Positions 18,511 to 27,669 of a stretch of 64,000 nucleotides of DNA are shown here, piece after piece. The notes beneath the pieces were generated by a model. The model made no database searches. It saw only the letters and a program-made list of their open reading frames with translations, and was not told where the DNA came from. Position numbers and translations under genes: made by a program. The stretch comes from an uncultured Gammaproteobacteria bacterium (GTDB lineage Bacteria; Patescibacteriota; Microgenomatia; Levybacterales; GWA1-39-11), in assembly GCA_964472415.1 (NCBI GenBank), contig CAYYLC010000001.1, positions 67,269 through 131,268 of the forward strand, read 5' to 3'. The first letter of the stretch is position 1, and each line of letters opens with the position of its first letter.

Positions 18511-19738
18511 TTTACAATATATTCGCGAAAACCCGAAGGAAATTATTGAGAAGTCTGCAGCTAAAAATATTACAATCGATATTGAAAAAATTCTAGATTT
18601 AGATATGCGCTTCAGAACAAAGCTTCAAGAAGTGCAAGGTATTCGTGAGGAGCGAAATAAAGCGGCAAAAGAGCGTGATATTGAAGGAGGGAAAGAAATA
18701 AAAATAAAACTTTCTACCCTTGAAGATGAACTAGTCTTGCTTCAGGAAGAGTTAAGTTTACTTTTGTTGGAAATCCCCAATCCTTCAAAAAATGATGTAA
18801 AAATTGGGAAGAATGATACCGAAAATGATGTTGTAAAAACTGTTGGAGATAAAAGGGAATTTGATTTTCAAGTTAAAGATCATTTAGATCTTGGTGAAAA
18901 ATTAGATATTATTGATATGGAACGTGCTGCGAAGGTTTCCGGTTCTCGGTTTGCTTATTTGAAAAACGATGGGGTGCGATTGCAATTTGCATTATATCAA
19001 TATGCGTTAGAAGTTCTTGTTGCAGAAGGATTTATTCCAGTAATTCCACCAGTGATTATTAATACAGAGATTATGAGAGGCCTTGGGTATATGGAGAATG
19101 GTGGAGAAGAAGATATGTTCCATTTACGGGATAATGATAAGGTTCTCGTTGGCACTGCAGAGCACGTGCTAGTTCCTATGCATAAGAATGAAGTTTTGGA
19201 TAGTAAAAACTTTCCACTCCGGTATGTAGGAATCTCATCAGCATTCAGACGTGAAGCAGGAAGTTATGGAAAAGATACGAGAGGAATATTTCGAGTTCAC
19301 CAGTTTGATAAGGTAGAAATGGTGTCATATGTAAAGAGTGGGGATGATGATAAGGAGCAAGAATTTCTTCTTGAGCTTGAAGAAACGTTATTTCAAGGTT
19401 TAGGGATTCCATATCAAGTGGTGAAAATGTGTACGGGCGATTTAGGATTTCCTGTTGCTCGCAAATATGATATTGAAGCCTGGATCCCATCTCAGGGAAA
19501 ATATCGAGAGGTAACATCTGTTTCAACAGTTACAGACTTCCAATCAAGAAGACTGAATATTAAATATGTCGCTGAAGGAGAGAAGAGCTATGTACAGGTT
19601 CTAAATGGAACTGCTTTTGCGATAGGGAGAACAATAGTTGCAATTTTAGAAAATTATCAAAATAAAGATGGAAGTGTAATAGTCCCTTCTGTTTTGAAGA
19701 AGTATATGAGTCAAGATAGGATTTTGCCTAAGAAATAA
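18503..19738 (+). CDS. serS: serine--tRNA ligase
   Basis: N-terminal coiled-coil arm, class II motifs FRREAGSYGKDTRGIFRVHQF and GTAFAIGRTIVAILEN. Confidence 0.9.
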   Translation: MLNLQYIRENPKEIIEKSAAKNITIDIEKILDLDMRFRTKLQEVQGIREERNKAAKERDIEGGKEIKIKLSTLEDELVLLQEELSLLLLEIPNPSKNDVKIGKNDTENDVVKTVGDKREFDFQVKDHLDLGEKLDIIDMERAAKVSGSRFAYLKNDGVRLQFALYQYALEVLVAEGFIPVIPPVIINTEIMRGLGYMENGGEEDMFHLRDNDKVLVGTAEHVLVPMHKNEVLDSKNFPLRYVGISSAFRREAGSYGKDTRGIFRVHQFDKVEMVSYVKSGDDDKEQEFLLELEETLFQGLGIPYQVVKMCTGDLGFPVARKYDIEAWIPSQGKYREVTSVSTVTDFQSRRLNIKYVAEGEKSYVQVLNGTAFAIGRTIVAILENYQNKDGSVIVPSVLKKYMSQDRILPKK

Positions 19739-19801
19739 ATACTTTGGCACTTACATTTTGACTGTGATAGAATATATTTCCGTTTTAATCATAGAAATAT
19801 T

Positions 19802-22525
19802 ATGTTTAATTTTATAACAAAACTCCTCGACTCAAATGATCGTGAGATAAAGAAAATGCAACCTATTATTAGTGAGATAAATTTATTAGAAAAAAAAGTT
19901 AGCAAGCTTAAAGACGAAGATTTTCCTAAAGAGACTGAAAAGTTGAAGAAACGGTATGAAGATGGTGAGTCATTAACTGCTCTTCTTCCAGAAGCATTTG
20001 CGCTCGTTCGAGAAGCTGCCCAGAGAACAATTGGGCAGAGGCATTATGAGGTACAGCTTATGTCGGCAATAGTACTTGCTTCTGGAAAAATATCAGAACA
20101 AAAAACCGGAGAAGGAAAAACACTTTCTGCAGTTCCTGCACTTTATCTCCATGCATTGACTGGAGAATCTGTGCATTTAGTTACGGTAAATGATTACTTA
20201 GCACGACGTGATGCTGGATGGATGGGTACTGTCTTTGCATTTTTGGGAATGAAGGTAAGCTCTATTATTAATCAGCAATCATTTTTATATGATTCTGAAT
20301 ATTTTGATTCTGAGGCAAAAGATTATAGGCTTTTCCATCTGAAGCCGGTTAGTCGTAAAGAGGCTTATGAAGCAGATATCGTGTATGGTATCAATTCTGA
20401 ATTTGGCTTTGATTATTTGCGAGACAATATGGCACTCTCCTTGGAAGAGCAAGTGCAGCGCGATCATTATTTTGCAGTTATTGACGAGGTAGATTCAGTA
20501 TTGATTGATGAAGCAAGGACTCCTCATATCATTTCTATGCCGGATGAAACTCCGTCAAATAAATATTATGAATACGCAAAGGTTGTAGAAAGATTGTCTG
20601 CAATTGATTATAAGATTGATGAAAAACGAAGAACTGCACATTTGACAGACCATGGGATTGGAAAGATCGAGAAAATGTTTGGGATTAAAGATATTTATGA
20701 GAAAGATTTTGATACGGTCTATCATATAGAAGCTGCTCTAAAAGCAAGAACGTTATTCCATAAAAATAAAGATTATATTGTTCGCGAAGGCCAGGTGACA
20801 CTTATTGATGAGTTTACAGGAAGGCTTTTGGAGGGACGCCGCCTTTCGGAGGGACTTCATCAAGCTCTGGAGGCAAAAGAAGGAGTATCTGTTCAGAGAG
20901 AATCAAAAACCTTGGCAATGATTTCTCTGCAAAATTATTTTAGAAAATATGAAGTTCTTGCCGGTATGACGGGAACGGCAGTTACTGAATCAGAGGAGTT
21001 TCACAGGATCTATAAATTAGATGTAATCGTTATTCCTCCGAATAAGCAAATTGTTCGTAAAGATGAGGCAGATAGGATTTATAAGACAAAACGTGCAAAA
21101 ATTGTGGCAACGGTAAGAGAGATTGAGGAGGCGCACGAGAAAGGACAGCCAGTCTTGGTAGGGACTGCATCTATTGAGCAAAACGAAATTATTTCAACTT
21201 TTTTAAAACGCAAAAAAATTCCTCACGAAGTATTAAATGCAAAGAACCATCTCCGCGAAGCACTTATCATTAAAGATGCAGGAAAAAAAGGTGCAGTGAT
21301 TGTTGCAACGAACGTTGCAGGTCGTGGAGTAGATATTATTTTGGGTGGAGAAAAGCCTTCTGAGTTTAGTATTGAATATGAGGGGAAGGAAGGTAAAAAA
21401 AGATTTGAGAAAGAACTGTCAGAATGGCAAAAAGAGCACGATGAGGTAATAAGGGTTGGCGGGCTTTATGTGATAGGTACTGAAAAGCATGAGTCAAGAC
21501 GTATTGATAATCAGTTGCGTGGGCGATCTGGTCGTCAGGCAGATCCAGGACGGTCTGTATTTATTATTTCTCTTGAAGATGATTTGATGCGAATTTTCGG
21601 TGGAGAACAGATTGGTAATCTGATGACACGGTTTAATTTCCCTGAAGATCAGCCTCTTGCAAACCCCATTGTAACTCGAGTTATTACTCAAGCTCAAGTA
21701 AAAGTAGAAGGATTTCATTTCGAGAGTAGGAAGAATACAGTAGAGTATGACGATGTTTTGAATAAGCAGCGAGAAATCATCTATGGCGAGCGACAGGAAA
21801 TAATTGAAGACGATTTTGAATATAAGGATTTTATTAAAGAGAAGATTAGGGCGAATATTGATGCTATTGTTTCAGTAAATTCAAATTTTGGTGAGATAGA
21901 GGATCAAAATAAAAAGATTATCCAAGAATTCAGCACAATTATCCCATTTGATGAGAAGTCTCAGGGGCAGCTTGTAAGACAGCTCGAACACCGACAGGGA
22001 GTAATTCAAATAGCAGATTTTTTGCACGATATTGCGGAAAAGCTATTGGATAAGAAGATAAAAGATTTTGGTGACGAGACGATGAAAAAGGTTACTAGAA
22101 TGTTATCTCTACAAGTTGTAAATAATATGTGGATGGATCACTTAACTGCGATGGAAGATGTTCGAACTGGCATTAATTTACGTGGCTATGCACAACGCGA
22201 TCCTCTTGTTGAATATAAAAATGAAGCCTTTGCACAATTTGAGAGGCTTGTAAAATCAATTGATGATGGAATAGTAAATAGATTCTTTAAGGTGAATATT
22301 GTGACAGAATCGCATGTTCATAATCATGATCATGTTCGTGAGAATGTGATAACAAACCAGTCAGCAGAAGAAATTGGAACAAGCTCGAAGCAAAAGCAGC
22401 TCGAAAAAAATAAAAAAGTAAAAGAGATCGTGTCAGGAGAAGGGAAAAAGCTCGGTCGTAATGATCCTTGCTGGTGTGGATCAGGAAAGAAATGGAAGCG
22501 TTGTCACTATCCTCAAGCTTCTTAA
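19802..22525 (+). CDS. secA: preprotein translocase subunit SecA
   Basis: DEAD-like motor, MTGTA, C-terminal zinc tail CWCGSGKKWKRCH. Confidence 0.95.
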   Translation: MFNFITKLLDSNDREIKKMQPIISEINLLEKKVSKLKDEDFPKETEKLKKRYEDGESLTALLPEAFALVREAAQRTIGQRHYEVQLMSAIVLASGKISEQKTGEGKTLSAVPALYLHALTGESVHLVTVNDYLARRDAGWMGTVFAFLGMKVSSIINQQSFLYDSEYFDSEAKDYRLFHLKPVSRKEAYEADIVYGINSEFGFDYLRDNMALSLEEQVQRDHYFAVIDEVDSVLIDEARTPHIISMPDETPSNKYYEYAKVVERLSAIDYKIDEKRRTAHLTDHGIGKIEKMFGIKDIYEKDFDTVYHIEAALKARTLFHKNKDYIVREGQVTLIDEFTGRLLEGRRLSEGLHQALEAKEGVSVQRESKTLAMISLQNYFRKYEVLAGMTGTAVTESEEFHRIYKLDVIVIPPNKQIVRKDEADRIYKTKRAKIVATVREIEEAHEKGQPVLVGTASIEQNEIISTFLKRKKIPHEVLNAKNHLREALIIKDAGKKGAVIVATNVAGRGVDIILGGEKPSEFSIEYEGKEGKKRFEKELSEWQKEHDEVIRVGGLYVIGTEKHESRRIDNQLRGRSGRQADPGRSVFIISLEDDLMRIFGGEQIGNLMTRFNFPEDQPLANPIVTRVITQAQVKVEGFHFESRKNTVEYDDVLNKQREIIYGERQEIIEDDFEYKDFIKEKIRANIDAIVSVNSNFGEIEDQNKKIIQEFSTIIPFDEKSQGQLVRQLEHRQGVIQIADFLHDIAEKLLDKKIKDFGDETMKKVTRMLSLQVVNNMWMDHLTAMEDVRTGINLRGYAQRDPLVEYKNEAFAQFERLVKSIDDGIVNRFFKVNIVTESHVHNHDHVRENVITNQSAEEIGTSSKQKQLEKNKKVKEIVSGEGKKLGRNDPCWCGSGKKWKRCHYPQAS

Positions 22526-22569
22526 TTACCCCTTTATTTAAGCTGATTTCTTTATGTTAGTATGGAAAT

Positions 22570-23178
22570 ATGGAAGAAGGAGAAGTAATAGAAGGCTCAG
22601 CACAGACTTCTGTTGAGAATGCTGATGAAACAGGAAGAATAAGACAGCTTTATAGGGGATTGTGGGCGGAAGAAATAAAAGAGGGTGACAAAATCCCAGT
22701 GGGCGGGAGTATTTTTAGTGACAAATTGGATATAGTTATGGAGGTAGATACAGAATTGCTTACTGACAAGACAGATAAGTTTATCAGAGAGAGATTGGAT
22801 GAATTATATAGTTCGGACAACGGACAATTAATTAAAAAATGGATTGAAGAAAATAATCTACAAATAGATCCCATGCTTTTTCATCATTTATTGTATACGC
22901 AAAAGAAAATGGGAGCTATATTAGAGGTAGGCGATGAATCAGTTGCTGTTGCAAGAAAAGATCTTTATCTCTCAGAGAGATATGCGAAATTATCTGAATT
23001 TGTAGGGCAATCTGAATGTGCAGAGCAAGCAGTTATTGGGAAATTTCTTCTAGATAAGATTGGAATTAAAGCTACATTTATGGAAGGGGTTCATGTAGAT
23101 AGTAAAAAATCAGACCCTTTCGATCATGCATTTTTAATTCTCGATGATAGTCAGGGAGAGGGCTCATTAATTTTTTGA
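22570..23178 (+). CDS. hypothetical protein, N-terminal part of a transglutaminase-like (Cys-His-Asp) domain protein interrupted by a frameshift
   Basis: GQSECAEQAVIGKFLL..GIKATFMEG...DHAFLIL resembles the transglutaminase-like core Cys and His; the ORF ends in a T6 run. Confidence 0.45.
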   Translation: MEEGEVIEGSAQTSVENADETGRIRQLYRGLWAEEIKEGDKIPVGGSIFSDKLDIVMEVDTELLTDKTDKFIRERLDELYSSDNGQLIKKWIEENNLQIDPMLFHHLLYTQKKMGAILEVGDESVAVARKDLYLSERYAKLSEFVGQSECAEQAVIGKFLLDKIGIKATFMEGVHVDSKKSDPFDHAFLILDDSQGEGSLIF

Positions 23179-23179
23179 T

Positions 23180-23386
23180 ATAGGAAGACCAAAAGCATCT
23201 TTAGATGGATATCCAAGGATATTGAAATCTGATAAAAAAATTGATTACGATACTTTTGAAGGTAAAAATAATTACGTGGTTCCAGTTCGGGATATTTACA
23301 ATGGAACAACTATTTACTATGGAGTTGGACACTCTTCTTTATTGCAGGACGTAAATTTCGCGGAACAATCTATATCTGATATTTAG
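23180..23386 (+). pseudogene. +1-frame continuation of the upstream gene (68 codons, no start codon)
   Basis: Frame opens exactly at the T6 run 23171-23176; removing one T fuses ..GSLIF to DIGRPKASLDGYPRI.., placing an Asp (FDIG) after the His as in transglutaminase-like folds. Confidence 0.4.
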
Positions 23387-25301
23387 ATAACTCATCAAGG
23401 AGCATATTGAGGTTCATTTTTGCAACTCCGAGTACTAGATCGGCTCCACCATAATAAATATATAAATCTTCTCCAATAACTACATTTCCGCAAGGGAAAA
23501 CAACATTATTTACTATCCCTTCAAGTTCATATTTTTCTTCCGGTTCAAATATAGGATAAGAGAGTCTTGAGGTTACGGTATCAGGATTATTCAGGTCGAG
23601 GAGGCATGCCCCAACTTTATAGTATTTGTCCGGAGTTATGCCATGATATAAGAGAAGCCAGCCCTTCTCTGTTTCAATAGGTGGTCCGGCAATGCCAATT
23701 TTCTTGTGGTCCCATTGATCAACTCTTGCGTGCATAAGTATTTGCCCGTCTAGGAAGCGATTATTTTCAAATTTTAAATCATCTACAGAATCTATCCATA
23801 TATCCTCATTTATCCTATGGAGAAAGACATATTTATCATTTATTTTTTTCGGAAAAATACAAGCGTCTTTATCGTCGACACCTGGCGGAGATATTAAAAT
23901 TGGTTTTTCCCACTCCCATTTTCTATTGAGAAAGTCATCTACGCTAATCGACGAAAAACCAACACGGGGAGGATTCACTCCGCCGTCATATGCAGTATAG
24001 GTTATATAAAATCTATCACCGAGTTTTACAAGTCGTGGGTCTTCGCACCCATAATTTCCATCTTGGCGTTTTAACTCAAATGGTTCACGGGGTACATAGA
24101 TTGGATAAGGAAGTCTTTCATCTATAGTAACGCCATCACTGCTCACTGCGTAGCCGACAGTAGAAAGCCCATCGTTGCTCATAGCTCTATAGAGTATGTG
24201 CACTTTTCCATCTTCGTAAACTGCTGCTGGGTTGAATACTGCCATTTCTTCCCACTCTCGTTCAATAACAGGCTCAAGGATGGGGTTCTTTTCGTATCTT
24301 TGAAATCGAATATGTGGATTATCCGGAACTTCTTTGTGATGGCCTTTGAGCACGTTGATGAGCTCTTCAAATTTACATGATGCAACTCCCATGCTTGTAT
24401 CAGCAGCACCGTAGTAGACGTAAAAATCGTCTCCTATAATTTGTGCACCAGTAGGAAATACTACATCTGGGATATTCCCGAAAAGCTCATACTCTTCTTC
24501 AGGTATAAGGAGTGCATTTGTGGTCCTTTCCTGAACGATTAGTGGGTCGTTAAGATCGAGCAAGGCAGCTTCTATCGCAAAGAGCTTGTCATCTGAAAAA
24601 TAATTTCTAATAAGCGAATATATAAAGATCCAACCTTTATCTGTCTTTACCGGAACGGCCCCTGCTTCTACCTGGTCCCTTGTATGTCTAAGAAGGGGAA
24701 GTGTATGGTCATCTAGTTTTTCATACCATTCATTCCACTTATCATGGTCCCATAAATCTTCTATCTTATCAATTGATCTTATAGCAACTTTTGCAGGAGG
24801 TGTGTCTGTATTAGCGCTAAGAAATACAGTGTATTTCCCATTTATTTTTTCAGGGAATAAGCCCATCGCTTTTGCATTGAACGGAGTAACGAGGTGCTTT
24901 TCATCGATCGTTTTAAGATCTTTAGAAATGGCAACAGCAACCTTTATATTATCTGCACCAAAAGGATATCCACCAAGCGCGGTATAAAATATATAAAATT
25001 TTCCGTCGATATAGGTAATTCGTGGATCTTCACATCCATATCGTTCCCAGTCCTCAGTTGGCGTTATGAGTTGATAATTGTCAGTGAAATTAATGCCGTC
25101 AATACTTTTCGTGATACCGATAGTTGAGAGCTGAATATTTGCGTCCATGTAAAAACCTCTCGGAGTCATGGCGCGGTAAGCCATATAATATGTATTGTCC
25201 TTTTTTACAACTGAGCCATTAAATGCTCCCCCCTTTTCCCAATCATTTGTGAGGCTTGGAAGAAGTATTGGGTTATTTTGATGCCTTGTTAATCTAATCA
25301 T
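23370..25301 (-). CDS. tandem-domain GH130 (DUF377) glycosidase/phosphorylase-like protein, two complete GH130 modules
   Basis: Each half has NPIL..W(E/D)..FN...YRA, YGCEDPR and a C-terminal YYG(A/G)AD motif (YGCEDPRITY/YYGAADTSMG and YGCEDPRLVK/YYGGADLVLG). Confidence 0.75.
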   Translation of the reverse strand: MIRLTRHQNNPILLPSLTNDWEKGGAFNGSVVKKDNTYYMAYRAMTPRGFYMDANIQLSTIGITKSIDGINFTDNYQLITPTEDWERYGCEDPRITYIDGKFYIFYTALGGYPFGADNIKVAVAISKDLKTIDEKHLVTPFNAKAMGLFPEKINGKYTVFLSANTDTPPAKVAIRSIDKIEDLWDHDKWNEWYEKLDDHTLPLLRHTRDQVEAGAVPVKTDKGWIFIYSLIRNYFSDDKLFAIEAALLDLNDPLIVQERTTNALLIPEEEYELFGNIPDVVFPTGAQIIGDDFYVYYGAADTSMGVASCKFEELINVLKGHHKEVPDNPHIRFQRYEKNPILEPVIEREWEEMAVFNPAAVYEDGKVHILYRAMSNDGLSTVGYAVSSDGVTIDERLPYPIYVPREPFELKRQDGNYGCEDPRLVKLGDRFYITYTAYDGGVNPPRVGFSSISVDDFLNRKWEWEKPILISPPGVDDKDACIFPKKINDKYVFLHRINEDIWIDSVDDLKFENNRFLDGQILMHARVDQWDHKKIGIAGPPIETEKGWLLLYHGITPDKYYKVGACLLDLNNPDTVTSRLSYPIFEPEEKYELEGIVNNVVFPCGNVVIGEDLYIYYGGADLVLGVAKMNLNMLLDELSKYQI

Positions 25302-27150
25302 GGTGCAATACTGTTGTTTGTGTTAGGTTTCTTTCTAAGGTAACAGAGTGATTTGATTTTAGATCATTCATGAATTCACGGATACTTTTGCTTGCTACGC
25401 AGGTAAAAGTATCTGCTCCTCCATAGTACACATAGAGTCTACCATTATTCAGGACTGCTCCGCAAGGATACGCAACACCTGCCTTAAAGCCATTATTCTC
25501 ATACCATTGATCAGGTTCGAGAATTGGTTGTTGAGTTCTATAGAGCACTTTCCATGGTTCATTGAGATCCAAAAGCATGGCACCTATCTTATACTGTGAA
25601 TCGTTTTTATCATCCACCGCATGATAGATAAGAAGCCATCCATCAGGCGTTTTAATAGGAGGTGGTCCTGCTCCAACCTTTCGACTATCCCAACCATTTG
25701 CTGTAGGAGGAATTTTATATTCACCTTTTAGATATCGTGGTTTTTTAAAATTTAGGTCATCCATGAGGTCCAGAAGAATATTTGGGAAAACTCGATGCAT
25801 AACGACGTATTTCCCCCCAATTTTTTCTGGGAAAATAACTGCATTTTTATTTACCTCATGTGGTTTAGAGATAATCTTTGGGCTGGTCCAGTTCCAATTT
25901 TTATTTTTAAAATCATCTTCAGAAATAGAGGAAAGAGCAACTCGAGGCGCATCAGAACCATTATATGCAATATAGGTTAGGTAGAACTTTTTATCCTCTT
26001 TGATCCATGTCACCCGTGGATCTTCACATCCTCCATATCCTCCTCCAGACATAAACCATGTCTTGGCAGATCCTCCTGGGAGTTCGAATGATTTTCGGGG
26101 GACATAAATCGGCTTTTCAGATCGATAATAAATATCTGTGCCATTTGTACTCTCTGCATGTCCGAGCACAGAGGTATTTTCTGGGCCCATTGCACGATAA
26201 ATAAAATGAAATTTCTCACCGTCGTGTACTGCTGCTGGGTTAAATGTCGCTACTTTCTGCCAGGAATGTTGCATAACTGGAGTGATTATTGGGTTCTTGT
26301 GATATTTTTCAAGGCGTGGTTTGGAGCGTCCCGGAAAACTACTTAAGATATTTTTAAGCGTACCATATGATACAGCATATACTGATTTACCTCGTATTCC
26401 GAAGTAAAAAATTACCCTATCTTGAAAAATAATTTCTCCTAATGGATAGAGTTCTCCATTTTCCACTTCGAGCTGCTGAGAGAGGAATGGAAGTTGTGTT
26501 TTTGAAAGGAGTCTTGAGGGGTTATTTTTATCAAAAAGCGCTGCGCCAACAGAATAGCTAAGTCCCTCGCGGAAAAATTCTTTGACATAGTAAAATACAA
26601 GAATGCCTTCAGGAATTTGAAATATATTTCCTACTTTGAGAGGATATTTATCAAAGTGATTGTTTTGAGGAATAAGTACTGTTTGGGCATTTTCCCATTT
26701 GATTAAATCTTTCGAGAACTGCACAGTGATACTTTTTTCACCGCAATATGATACATACATATTCTCATATTTATAATTGGGGACAATAGTTGTCGTTTCT
26801 TTTAGATCTTTTGTATTAGCAATTTTTTTCCAACTAAATAAATCCTTCGAACGGGCAAATGAGATTATTGGAGTATTTTCTGAGAGCGATTTATAGGAGA
26901 GATAGTATTCTTTTTGAAATTCAGAAATCCTAAAATCGAGTGAAAATGCGGTATTCTGTATATTCCCTGATTGCCCTAATATTTCCCCTGTTTTTTTGGT
27001 GGATTTAAATTTCAGACCATTTGTACTTTCTGAAATAAAGAGTGGATTTGAAAAGCTCGCGCTGAGCAGATTTCCATATAATAAAACCCGCTTATCAGTT
27101 GCGACAATTCCTAAATCATACGGAATAAAATCAGATAAAGTACTTTCCAT
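25294..27150 (-). CDS. GH130 (DUF377) family protein with a divergent N-terminal beta-propeller-like module
   Basis: C-terminal half has NPIITP..WQKVATFNPAAV, GGCEDPRVTW and YVYYGGADTF; N-terminal ~285 aa lacks the GCEDPR and YYGAAD motifs but ends FYFGIRGKSVYAVSYG. Confidence 0.7.
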   Translation of the reverse strand: MESTLSDFIPYDLGIVATDKRVLLYGNLLSASFSNPLFISESTNGLKFKSTKKTGEILGQSGNIQNTAFSLDFRISEFQKEYYLSYKSLSENTPIISFARSKDLFSWKKIANTKDLKETTTIVPNYKYENMYVSYCGEKSITVQFSKDLIKWENAQTVLIPQNNHFDKYPLKVGNIFQIPEGILVFYYVKEFFREGLSYSVGAALFDKNNPSRLLSKTQLPFLSQQLEVENGELYPLGEIIFQDRVIFYFGIRGKSVYAVSYGTLKNILSSFPGRSKPRLEKYHKNPIITPVMQHSWQKVATFNPAAVHDGEKFHFIYRAMGPENTSVLGHAESTNGTDIYYRSEKPIYVPRKSFELPGGSAKTWFMSGGGYGGCEDPRVTWIKEDKKFYLTYIAYNGSDAPRVALSSISEDDFKNKNWNWTSPKIISKPHEVNKNAVIFPEKIGGKYVVMHRVFPNILLDLMDDLNFKKPRYLKGEYKIPPTANGWDSRKVGAGPPPIKTPDGWLLIYHAVDDKNDSQYKIGAMLLDLNEPWKVLYRTQQPILEPDQWYENNGFKAGVAYPCGAVLNNGRLYVYYGGADTFTCVASKSIREFMNDLKSNHSVTLERNLTQTTVLHHD

Positions 27151-27242
27151 TTTTCTACGGTTAAACTAAACCCCACAAATTGTGTGCCTACATTTACTGT
27201 ATCTAATCTGAATAGATCAAGTCAATAAGCAAGTATTCATTA

Positions 27243-27269
27243 TTGCAATTTCTCTTAAAATGCTATAAT
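27243..27269 (+). promoter_or_regulatory. promoter with extended -10 (TTGCAA-15 nt-TGcTATAAT) driving a leaderless transcript
   Basis: TATAAT 27264-27269 ends 9 nt before the ATG at 27279; no room for an SD. Confidence 0.45.
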
Positions 27270-27278
27270 GATTAATAT

Positions 27279-27518
27279 ATGGAATTAACAGCATTAGAGA
27301 CAGCTTTTTATACACTCGGAATAGTTCTCATGAGTATTATGGTTATTCTCATGATCGTAACTGTTGTCGTAATCCTTTACATACGCCACAAAATAAACAT
27401 GATCCAAAAATCGATTGAAGATAAGATCCGTGATGTTGCCGATCGTCCACAAAAAGCAGCGTTCGATTTGGGAGTAGGAATCATGGATAAGATAATAAAT
27501 AAAAGGAAGAAAAAATAA
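27279..27518 (+). CDS. small membrane protein (79 aa, one TM)
   Basis: Hydrophobic segment IVLMSIMVILMIVTVVVILYI, Lys-rich tail; stop overlaps the next start (TAATG). Confidence 0.5.
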   Translation: MELTALETAFYTLGIVLMSIMVILMIVTVVVILYIRHKINMIQKSIEDKIRDVADRPQKAAFDLGVGIMDKIINKRKKK

Positions 27519-27655
27519 TGAAACACTACGTTTGTAAAGGAGAATGTCGTGGAGAGTCAGCTGAGAAAAAGGCATGTGGAATGAAGTCGTGTAGCAGGTT
27601 CGGGAAAGAGCTTTCAGAGTGCGATTGTGTTGATGGACAGCACGAAAGAAAGTAA
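27518..27655 (+). CDS. 45-aa cysteine-rich peptide (6 Cys), putative metal-binding, not in the ORF track
   Basis: MKHYVCKGECRGESAEKKACGMKSCSRFGKELSECDCVDGQHERK; Cys spacing CxxxC, CxxxxC, CxC; start coupled to the upstream stop. Confidence 0.4.
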   Translation: MKHYVCKGECRGESAEKKACGMKSCSRFGKELSECDCVDGQHERK

Positions 27656-27669
27656 TAAACTAATAATTT

